Positions 31,452-45,200 of a stretch of DNA of 64,000 bases are shown in pieces; position 1 is the stretch's first letter, and the number at the start of each line of letters is the position of its first letter. The stretch is from the human T2T-CHM13v2.0 reference genome, Homo sapiens. A program made the translations under genes and the position numbers. Below the pieces are notes generated by a model. It ran no database searches, was not told the origin of the DNA, and saw only the letters and a program-made list of their open reading frames with translations. The stretch lies in the NCBI RefSeq assembly GCF_009914755.1, contig NC_060927.1. One strand, given 5' to 3'.

Positions 31452-34400
31452 TATTTTATTCTGTACATAAAATATCAAAGTACACCAGATATATATTCTA
31501 TAGTGAACATAAAATATCAAAGTACCCAAACTATACATTATATACTGTACATAAAATGTGAAATTACATCAAATATATATTATATTAGGTAAATAAAATA
31601 TGAAAGTACATCAAATATAGATTATATACTGTACATTAAGTACCAAAGTACCCCAAATATATATTTTATACTGTACATGAAATATCAAAGTTCACAAACT
31701 ATATATTATATACTGTACATAAAATATGAAAGTACCCAACGTATATACTCTATACTGTACAAAAAATATCAAAGTACCCAAAGCATGTATTATATACTGT
31801 ACATAAAGTAAGAAAGTACATCAAATATATATTTTATTCTGTACATAAAATATCAAGGTACACCAGATATATATTCTATAGTGTACATAAAATATCAAAG
31901 TACCCAAACTATAAATTATATACTGTACATAAAATATGAAATTACATCAAATATATATTATATTAGGTACATAAAATATGAAAGTACATCAAATATAGAT
32001 TATATACTCTACATTAAATACCAAAGTACCCCAAATATATGTTTTATACTGTACATGAAATATCAAAGTTCACAAAGTATATATTATATACTGTACATAA
32101 AATATCAAAGTACCCAAGGTATATATTCTATACTGTACAAAAGATATCAAAGTACCCAAAGCATGTATTATATACTGTACATAAAATATGAAAGTACATC
32201 ATATATATATTTTATTCTGTACATAAAATATTAAAGTACACCAGATATATATTCTATAGTGTACATAAAATATCAAAGTACCCAAACTATACATTATATA
32301 CTGTACATAAAATATGAAATTACATCAAATATATATTAAGTACATAAAATATGAAAGTACATCAAATATAGATTATATACTGTACATAAAATATCAATGT
32401 ACACCAAATATATATTATATACTCTACATGAAATATCAAAGTTCACAAACTATATATTATATACTGTCCATAAAATATCAAAGTACCCAAGGTATATATT
32501 CTATACTGTACAAAAAATATCAAAGTAAACAAAGCATGTATTATATACTGTACCTAAAATATGAAAGTACATCAAATATATATTTTATTCTGTACATAAA
32601 ATATCAAAGTACACCAGATATATATTCTATAGTGTATATAAAATATCAAAGTACCCAAACTATACATTATATACTGTACATAAAATATGAAATTACATCA
32701 AATATATATTATATTAGGTACATAAAATATGAAAGTACATGAGTATAGATTATATACTGTACATAAAATATCAAAGTACCCCAAATTTATATTATATACT
32801 ATACATGAAATATCAAAGTTCACAAACTATATATTATATACTGTACATAAAATATCAAAGTACCCAAGGTATATATTGTATAGTGTACAAAAAATATCAA
32901 AGTACGCAAAGCATGTATTATATACCGTACATAAAATATAAAATTACATCAAATATATATTTTATTCTGTACATAAAATATCAAAGTACACCAGATATAT
33001 ATACTATAGTGTACATAAAATATCAAAGTACCCACACTATACATCATACACTGCACATAAAATATGAAATTACATCAAATATATATTAGGTACATAAAAT
33101 ATGAAAGTACATCAAATATAGATTATATACTGTAAATATAATATCAATGTACCCCAAATATATATTTTATACTCTACATGAAATATCAAAGTTCACAAAC
33201 CATATATTATATACTGTACATAAAATATCAAAGTACCCAAGTTATATATTCTATACTGTACAAAAAATATCAAAGTACCCAAAGCATGTATTATATACTG
33301 TACATAAAATATGAAAGTACATCAAATATATATTTTATTCTGTACATAAAATATCAAAGTACATTAGATATATATTCTATAGTGTACATAAAACATCAAA
33401 ATACCCAAACTATACATTATATACTGTACATAAAATATGAGATTACATCAAATATATATTATATTAGGTACATAAAATATGAAAGTACATCAAATATAGA
33501 TTATATACTGTACATAATATATCAAAGTACCCCGAATATATATTATATACTCTACATGAAATATCAAAGTTCACAAACTATATATTATATACTGTACATA
33601 AAATATCAAAGTACCCAAGGTATATATTCTATACTGTACAAAAAATATCAAAGTACCCAAAGCATGTATAATATACTGTATATAAAATAAGAAAGTACAT
33701 TAAATATATATTTTATTCTGTACATAAAATATCAAAGTACACCAGATATATATTCTATAGTGTACATAAAATAACAATGTACACAAACTATAAATTATAT
33801 ACTGTACATAAAATATGAAATTACATCAAATATATATTAGGTACATAAAATATGAAAGTACATCAAATATAGATTATATACTGAACATATAATATCAATG
33901 TACCCCAAATATATATTTGATACTCTACATGAAATATCAAAGTTCAGAAACCATACATTATATACTGTACATAAAATATCAAAGTACCCAAGGTATATAT
34001 TCTATACTGTACAAAAAATATCAAAGTACCCAAAGCATGTATTATATACTGTAGATAATATATGAAAGTACATCAAATATATATTTTTTTCTATACATAA
34101 AATATCAAAGTACACCAGATATATATTCTATAGTGTACATAAAATATCAAAGTACCCAAACTATACATTATATACTGTAGATAAAATATGAAATTACATC
34201 AAATATATATTAGGTACATAAAATATGAAAGTACATCAAATAGATATTTTATTCTGTACATAAAATATCAAAGTACACCAGATATATATTCTATAGTGAA
34301 CATAAAATATCAAAGTACCCAAACTATACATTATATACTGTACATAAAATGTGAAATTACATCAAATATATATTATATTAGGTAAATAAAATATGAAAGT

Positions 34401-37091
34401 ACATCAAATATAGATTATATACTGTACATTAAGTACCAAAGTACCCCAAATATATATTTTATACTGTACATGAAATATCAAAGTTCACAAACTATATATT
34501 ATATACTGTACATAAAATATGAAAGTACCCAACGTATATACTCTATACTGTACAAAAAATATCAAAGTACCCAAAGCATGTATTATATACTGTACATAAA
34601 GTAAGAAAGTACATCAAATATATATTTTATTCTGTACATAAAATATCAAGGTACACCAGATATATATTCTATAGTGTACATAAAATATCAAAGTACCCAA
34701 ACTATAAATTATATACTGTACATAAAATATGAAATTACATCAAATATATATTATATTAGGTACATAAAATATGAAAGTACATCAAATATAGATTATATAC
34801 TCTACATTAAATACCAAAGTACCCCAAATATATGTTTTATACTGTACATGAAATATCAAAGTTCACAAAGTATATATTATATACTGTACATAAAATATCA
34901 AAGTACCCAAGGTATATATTCTATACTGTACAAAAGATATCAAAGTACCCAAAGCATGTATTATATACTGTACATAAAATATGAAAGTACATCATATATA
35001 TATTTTATTCTGTACATAAAATATTAAAGTACACCAGATATATATTCTATAGTGTACATAAAATATCAAAGTACCCAAACTATACATTATATACTGTACA
35101 TAAAATATGAAATTACATCAAATATATATTAAGTACATAAAATATGAAAGTACATCAAATATAGATTATATACTGTACATAAAATATCAATGTACACCAA
35201 ATATATATTATATACTCTACATGAAATATCAAAGTTCACAAACTATATATTATATACTGTCCATAAAATATCAAAGTACCCAAGGTATATATTCTATACT
35301 GTACAAAAAATATCAAAGTAAACAAAGCATGTATTATATACTGTACCTAAAATATGAAAGTACATCAAATATATATTTTATTCTGTACATAAAATATCAA
35401 AGTACACCAGATATATATTCTATAGTGTATATAAAATATCAAAGTACCCAAACTATACATTATATACTGTACATAAAATATGAAATTACATCAAATATAT
35501 ATTATATTAGGTACATAAAATATGAAAGTACATGAGTATAGATTATATACTGTACATAAAATATCAAAGTACCCCAAATTTATATTATATACTATACATG
35601 AAATATCAAAGTTCACAAACTATATATTATATACTGTACATAAAATATCAAAGTACCCAAGGTATATATTGTATAGTGTACAAAAAATATCAAAGTACGC
35701 AAAGCATGTATTATATACCGTACATAAAATATAAAATTACATCAAATATATATTTTATTCTGTACATAAAATATCAAAGTACACCAGATATATATACTAT
35801 AGTGTACATAAAATATCAAAGTACCCACACTATACATCATACACTGCACATAAAATATGAAATTACATCAAATATATATTAGGTACATAAAATATGAAAG
35901 TACATCAAATATAGATTATATACTGTAAATATAATATCAATGTACCCCAAATATATATTTTATACTCTACATGAAATATCAAAGTTCACAAACCATATAT
36001 TATATACTGTACATAAAATATCAAAGTACCCAAGTTATATATTCTATACTGTACAAAAAATATCAAAGTACCCAAAGCATGTATTATATACTGTACATAA
36101 AATATGAAAGTACATCAAATATATATTTTATTCTGTACATAAAATATCAAAGTACATTAGATATATATTCTATAGTGTACATAAAACATCAAAATACCCA
36201 AACTATACATTATATACTGTACATAAAATATGAGATTACATCAAATATATATTATATTAGGTACATAAAATATGAAAGTACATCAAATATAGATTATATA
36301 CTGTACATAATATATCAAAGTACCCCGAATATATATTATATACTCTACATGAAATATCAAAGTTCACAAACTATATATTATATACTGTACATAAAATATC
36401 AAAGTACCCAAGGTATATATTCTATACTGTACAAAAAATATCAAAGTACCCAAAGCATGTATAATATACTGTATATAAAATAAGAAAGTACATTAAATAT
36501 ATATTTTATTCTGTACATAAAATATCAAAGTACACCAGATATATATTCTATAGTGTACATAAAATAACAATGTACACAAACTATAAATTATATACTGTAC
36601 ATAAAATATGAAATTACATCAAATATATATTAGGTACATAAAATATGAAAGTACATCAAATATAGATTATATACTGAACATATAATATCAATGTACCCCA
36701 AATATATATTTGATACTCTACATGAAATATCAAAGTTCAGAAACCATACATTATATACTGTACATAAAATATCAAAGTACCCAAGGTATATATTCTATAC
36801 TGTACAAAAAATATCAAAGTACCCAAAGCATGTATTATATACTGTAGATAATATATGAAAGTACATCAAATATATATTTTTTTCTGTACATAAAATATCA
36901 AAGTACACCAGATATATATTCTATAGTGTACATAAAATATCAAAGTACCCAAACTATACATTATATACTGTAGATAAAATATGAAATTACATCAAATATA
37001 TATTAGGTACATAAAATATGAAAGTACATCAAATAGATATTTTATTCTGTACATAAAATATCAAAGTACACCAGATATATATTCTATAGTG
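31452..37091 (+). repeat. Near-identical tandem duplication, 2793-bp unit
   Basis: ORF pairs 31881/34674, 32314/35107, 32729/35522 and 33178/35971 are identical. 2793 = 67 x 42 minus four 5-bp deletions and one 1-bp deletion, all visible in the unit. Confidence 0.95.
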
Positions 37092-38429
37092 TACATAAAA
37101 TAACAAAGTACACAAACTATAAATTATATACTGTACATAAAATATGAAATTACATCAAATATATATTAGGTACATAAAATATGAAAGTATATCAAATATA
37201 GATTATATACTGTACATATAATATCAATGTACCTGAAATATATATTTTATACTCTACATGAAATATCAAAGTTCACAAACCATATATAGTATACTGCACA
37301 TAAAATATCAAAATTCCCAAGGTATATATTCTATACTGTACAAAAAATATCAAAGTACCCAAAGCAGGTATTATATACTGTATATAAAATATGAAAGTAC
37401 ATCAAATATATATTTTATTCTGTACATAATATATCAAAGTACACCAGATATATATTCTATAGTGTACATAAAATATCAAGGTACCCAAACTATACATTAT
37501 ATACTGTACATAAAATATGAAATTACATCAAATATATATTATATTAGGTACATAAAATACGAAAGTACATCAAATATAGATTATATACTGTACATAAAAT
37601 ATCAAAGTACCCCAATATATATTATATACTGTACATGAAATATCAAAGTTCACAAACTATATATTATGTACTGTACATAAAATATCAAAGTACCCAAGGT
37701 ATATATTCTATACTGTACAAAAAATATCAAAGTACCCAAAGCATGTATTATATAATGTACATAAAATATGAAAGTACATCAAATATATATTTTATTCTGT
37801 ACATAAAATATCAAAGAACACCAGATATATATTCTATAGTGTACATAAAATATCAAAGTACCCAAACTATACATTATATACTGTACATAAAATATGAAAT
37901 TACATCATATACATATTAGGTACATAAAATATGAAAGTACATCTAATATATATTTTATTCTGTACATAAAATATCAAAGTACACCAGATATATATTCTAT
38001 ATTGTACATAAAATAACAAAGTACACAAACTATAAATTATATACTGTACATAAAATATGAAATTACATCAAATATATATTATATTAGGTACATAAAATAT
38101 GAAAGTACATCAAATATAGATTATATACTGTAAATATAATATTAATGTACCCCAAATATATATTTTATACTCTACATGAAATATCAAAGTTCACAAACCA
38201 TATATTATATACTGTACATAAAATATCAAAATACCCAAGGTATATATTCTATACTGTACAAAAAATATGAAAGTACCCAAAGCATGTATTATATACTGTA
38301 CATAAAATATGAAAGTACATCAAATATATATTTTATTCTGTACATAAAATATCAAAGTACACCAGATATATATTCTATAGTGTACATAAAATAACAAAGT
38401 ACACAAACTATAAATTATATAATGTACAT

Positions 38430-39330
38430 AAAATATGAAATTACATCAAATATATATTAGGTACATAAAATATGAAAGTACATCAAATATAGATTATATA
38501 CTGTACATATAATATCAATGTACCCGAAATATATATTTTATACTCTACATCTAATATCAAAGTTCACAAACCATATATTGTATACTGCACATAAAATATC
38601 AAAATACCCAAGGTATATATTCTATACTGTACAAAAAATATCAAAGTACCCAAAGCAGGTATTATATACTGTACATAAAACATGAAAGTACATCAAATAT
38701 ATATTTTATTCTGTACATAAAATATCAAAGTACACCAGATATATATTCTATAGCGTACATAAAATATCAAAGTACACAAACTATACATTATATACTGTAC
38801 ATAAAATATGAAATTACATCAAATATATATTATATTAGGTACATAAAATATGAAAGTACATCAAATATAGATTATATACTGTACATTAAATACCAAAGTA
38901 CCCCAAATATATATTTTATACTGAACATGAAATTTCAAAGTTCACAAACTATATATTATATACTGTACATAAAATATCAAAGTACCCAAGGTATATATTC
39001 TATACTGTGCAAAAAATATCAAAGTACCCAAAGCATGTATTATATACTGTATATAAAATATGAAAGTACATCAAATACATATTTTATTCTGTACATAAAA
39101 TATCAAAGTACACCAGATATATATTCTATAGTGTACATAAAATATCAAAGTACCCAAACTATACATTATATACTGTACATAAAATATGAAATTACATCAA
39201 ATATATATTATATTAGGTACATAAAATACGAAAGTACATCAAATATAGATTATATACTGTACATAAAATATCAAAGTACCCCAATATATATTATATACTG
39301 TACATGAAATATCAAAGTTCACAAACTATA
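38430..39330 (+). repeat. Block duplicated at ~41410-42300 (offset 2976)
   Basis: ORF 38927 corresponds to 41903. Private markers gaaatttcaaag and ctgtgcaaaa, plus the more widespread marker tatagcgtac. Confidence 0.8.
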
Positions 39331-42279
39331 TATTATGTACTGTATATAAAATATCAAAGTACCCAAGGTATATATTCTATACTGTACAAAAAATATCAAA
39401 GTACCCAAAGCATGTATTATATAATGTACATAAAATATGAAAGTACATCAAATATATATTTTATTCTGTACATAAAATATCAAAGTACACCAGATATATA
39501 TTCTATAGTGTATATAAAATATCAAAGTACCCAAACTATACATTATATACTGTACATAAAATATGAAATTACATCAAATATATATTATATTAGGTACATA
39601 AAATATGAAAGTACATGAAGTATAGATTATATACTGTACATAAAATATCAAAGTACCCCAAATTTATATTATATACTATACATGAAATATCAAAGTTCAC
39701 AAACTATATATTATATACTGTACATAAAATATCAAAGTACCCAAGGTATATATTCTATAGTGTACAAAAAATATGAAAGTACTCAAAGCATGTATTATAT
39801 ACCGTACATAAAATATAACATTACAACAAATATATATTTTATTCTGTACATAAAATATCAAAGTACACCAGATATATATTCTATAGAGTACATAAAATAT
39901 CAAAGTACCCAAACTATACATTACATACTGTACATAAAATATGAAATTACATCAAATATATATTATAATAGGTACATAAAATATGAAAGTACATCAAATA
40001 TAGATTATATACTGTACATTAAATACGAAAGTACCCCAAATATATATTTTATACTGTACATGAAATATCAAAGTACCCAAGGTATATATTCTATACTGTA
40101 CAAAAAATATCAAAGTACCCAAAGCATGTATTACAAACTGTACATAAAATATGAAAGTCCATCAAATATATATTTTATTCTGTACATAAAATATCAAAGT
40201 ACACCAGATATATATTCTATAGTGTACATAAAATATCAAAGTACCCAAACTATACATTATATACTGTACATAAAATATGAAATTACATCAAATATATATT
40301 TTATTCTGTACATAAAATATGAAAGTACATCAAATATAGATTATATACTGTACATTAAGTACCAAAGTACCCCAAATATATATTTTATACTGTACATGAA
40401 ATATCAAAGTTCACAAACTATATATTATATACTGTACATAAAATATCAAAGTACCAAAGGTATATATTCTATACTGTACAAAAAATATCAAAGTACCCAA
40501 AGCATGTATTATATACTGTACATAAAGTATGAAAGTACATCAAATATATATTTTATTCTGTACATAAAATATCAAGGTACACCAGATATATATTCTACAG
40601 TGTACATAAAATATCAAAGTACCCAAACTATACATTATATACTGTACATAAAATATGAAATTACATCAAATATATTTTATATTAGGTACATAAAATATGA
40701 AAGTACATCAAATATAGATTATATACTGTACATAAAATATCAAAGTACCCCAAATATATATTATATACTCTACATGAAACATCAAAGTTCACAAACTATA
40801 TATTATATACTGTACATAAAATATCAAAGTACCCAAGGTATATATTCTATACTGTACAAAAAATATCAAAGTACCCAAAGCATGTATAACAAACTGTACC
40901 TAAAATATGAAAGTACATCAAATATATATTTTATTCTGTACATAAAATATCAAAGTACACCAGATATATATTCTATAGTGTACATAAAATATCAAAGTAC
41001 CCAAACTATACATTATATACTGTACATAAAATATGAAATTACAGCAAATATATATTATATTAGGTACATAAAATATGAAAGTACATCAAATATAGATTAT
41101 ATACTGTACATTAAACACCAAAGTACCCCAAATATATATTTTATACTGTACATGAAATATCAAAGTTCACAAACTATATATTATATACTGTACATAAAAT
41201 ATCAATGTACCCAAGGTATATATTCTATACTGCACAAAAAATATCAAAGTAACCAAAGCATGTATTATATACTGTATATAAAATATGAAAGTACATCAAA
41301 TATATATTTTATTCTGTACATAAAATATCAAAGTACACCAGATATATATTCTATAGTGTACATAAAATATCAAAGTACCCAAACTATACATTATATACTG
41401 TACATAAAATATGAAATTACATCAAATATATATTAGGTACATAAAATATGAAAGTACATCAAATATAGATTATATACTGTACATATAATATCAATGTATC
41501 TGAAATATATATTTTATACTCTACATGAAATATCAAAGTTCACAAACCATATATTGTATACTGCACATAAAATATCAAAATACCCAAGGTATATATTCTA
41601 TACTGTACAAAAAATATCAAAGTACCCAAAGCAGGTATTATATATTGTAAATAAAATATTAAAGTACATCAAATATATATTTTATTCTGTACATAAAATA
41701 TCAAAGTACACCAGATATATATTCTATAGCGTACATAAAATATCAAAGTACACAAACTATACATTATATACTGTACATAAAATATGAAATTACATCAAAT
41801 ATATATTATATTAGGTACATAAAATATGAAAGTACATCAAATATAGATTATATACTGTACATTAAATACCAAAGTACCCCAAATATATATTTTATACTGT
41901 ACATGAAATTTCAAAGTTCACAAACTATATATTATATACTGTACATAAAATATCAAAGTACCCAAGGTATATATTCTATACTGTGCAAAAAATATCAAAG
42001 TACCCAAAGCATGTATTATATACTGTATATAAAATATGAAAGTACATCAAATATATATTTTATTCTGTACATAAAATATCAAAGTACACCAGATATATAT
42101 TCTATAGTGTACATAAAATATCAAAGTACCCAAACTATACATTATATACTGTACATAAAATATGAAATTACATCAAATATATATTATATTAGGTACATAA
42201 AATACGAAAGTACATCAAATATAGATTATATACTGTACATAAAATATCAAAATACCCCAATATATATTATATACTGTAC

Positions 42280-45200
42280 ATGAAATATCAAAGTTCACAA
42301 ACTATATATTATATACTGTACATAAAATATCAAAGTACCCAAGGTATATATTGTATAGTGTACAAAAAATATCAAAGTACCCAAAGCATGTATTATATAC
42401 CGTACATAAAATATAAAATTACATCAAATATATATTTTATTCTGTACATAAAATATCAAAGTACACCAGATATATATACTATAGTGTACATAAAATATCA
42501 AAGTACCCAAACTATACATTATACACTGTACATAAAATATGAAATTACATCAAATATATATTAGGTACATAAAATATGAAAGTACATCAAATATAGATTA
42601 TATACTGTAAATATAATATCAATGTACCCCAAATATATATTTTATACTCTACATGAAATATCAAAGTTCACAAACCATATATTATATACTGTACATAAAA
42701 TATCAAAGTACCCAAGGTATATATTCTATACTGTACAAAAAATATCAAAGTACCCAAAGCATGTATTATATACTGTACATAAAATATGAAAGTACATCAA
42801 ATATATATTTTATTCTGTACATAAAATATCAAAGTACACCAGATATATATTCTATAGTGTACATAAAATATCAAAGTACCCAAACTATACATTATATACT
42901 GTACATAAAATATGAAATTACATCAAATATATATTATATTAGGTACATGAAATATGAAAGTACATCAAATATAGATTATATACTGTACATAAAATATGAA
43001 AGTACCCCAAATATATATTATATACTCTACATGAAATATCAAAGTTCACAAACTATATATTATATACTGTACATAAAATATCAAAGTACCCAAGGTATAT
43101 ATTCTATACTGTACAAAAAATATCAAAGTATCCAAAGCATGTATTATATACTGTATATAAAATATGAAAGTACATCAAATATATATTTTATTCTGTACAT
43201 AAAATATCAAAGTACACCAGATATATATTCTATAGTGTACATAAAATATCAAAGTACCCAAGCTATACATTATATACTGTACATAAAATATGAAATTACA
43301 GCAAATATATATTATATTAGGTACATAAAATATGAAAGTACATCAAATATAGATTATATACTGTACATTAAATACCAAAGTACCCCAAATATATATTTTA
43401 TACTGTACATGAAATATCAAAGTTCACAAACTATATATTATATACTGTACATAAAATATCAATGTACCCAAGGTATATATTCTATACTGCACAAAAAATA
43501 TCAAAGTACCCAAAGCATGTATTATATACTGTATATAAAATATGAAAGTACATCAAATATATATTTTATTCTGTACATAAAATATCAAAGTACACCAGAT
43601 ATATATTCTAATGTGTACATAAAATATCAAAATACCCAAACTATACATTATATACTGTACATAAAATATGAAATTACATCAAATATATATTATATTAGGT
43701 ACATAAAATACGAAAGTACATCAAATATAGATTATATACTGTACATAAAATATCAAAGTACCCCAATATATATTATATACTGTACATGAAATATCAAAGT
43801 TCACAAACTATATATTATGTACTGTACATAAAATATCAAAGTACCCAAGGTATATATTCTATACTGTACAAAAAATATCAAAGTACCCAAAGCATGTATT
43901 ATATAATGTACATAAAATATGGAAGTACATCAAATATATATTTTATTCTGTACATAAAATATCAAAGAACACCAGACATATATTCTATAGTGTACATAAA
44001 ATATCAAAGTACCCAAACTATACATTATATACTGTACATAAAATATGAAATTACATCATATATATATTAGGTACATAAAATATGAAAGTACATCAAATAT
44101 ATATTTTATTCTGTACATAAAATATCAAAGTACACCAGATATATATTCTATAGTGTACATAAAATAACAAAGTACACAAACTATAAATTATATACTGTAC
44201 ATAAAATATGAAATTACATCAAATATATATTAGGTACATAAAATATGAAAGTACATCAAATATAGATTATATACTGTACATATAATATCAATGTACCCGA
44301 AATATATATTTTATACTCTACATGAAATATCAAAGTTCACAAACCATATATTGTATACTGCACATAAAATATCAAAATACCCAATGTATATATTCTATAC
44401 TGTACAAAAAATATCAAAGTACCCAAAGCAGGTATTATATACTGTACATAAAATATGAAAGTACATCAAATATATATTTTATTCTGTACATAAAATATCA
44501 AAGTACACCAGATATATATTCTATAGTGTACATAAAATATCAAAGTACCCAAACTATACATTATATACTGTACATAAAATATGAAATTACATCAAATATA
44601 TATTATATTAGGTACATAAAATACGAAAGTACATCAAATATAGATTATATACTGTACATAAAATATCAAAGTACCCCAATATATATTATATACTGTATAT
44701 GAAATATCAAAGTTCACAAACTATATATTATATACTGTACATAAAATATCAAAGTACCCAAGGTATATATTCTATAGTGTACAAAAAATATCAAAGTACC
44801 CAAAGCATGTATTATATACCGTACATAAAATATAAAATTACATCAAATATATATTTTATTCTGTACATAAAATATCAAAGTACACCAGATATATATTCTA
44901 TAGTGTACATAAAATATCAAAGTACCCAAACTATACATTATACACTGTACATAAAATATGAAATTACATCAAATATATATTCGGTACATAAAATATGAAA
45001 GTACATCAAATATAGATTATATACTGTAAATATAATATCAATGTACCCCAAATATATATTTTATACTCTACATGAAATATCAAAGTTCACAAACCATATA
45101 TTATATACTGTAAATAAAATATCAAAGTACCCAAGGTATATATTCTATACTGTACAAAAAATATCAAAGTACCCAAAGCATGTATTATATACTGTACATA

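Noticed and set aside
8007-39921. Two 74-aa minus-strand ORFs (8007-8231, 39697-39921)
   Set aside because: They are antisense satellite translations, opened by chance point variants that remove stops.
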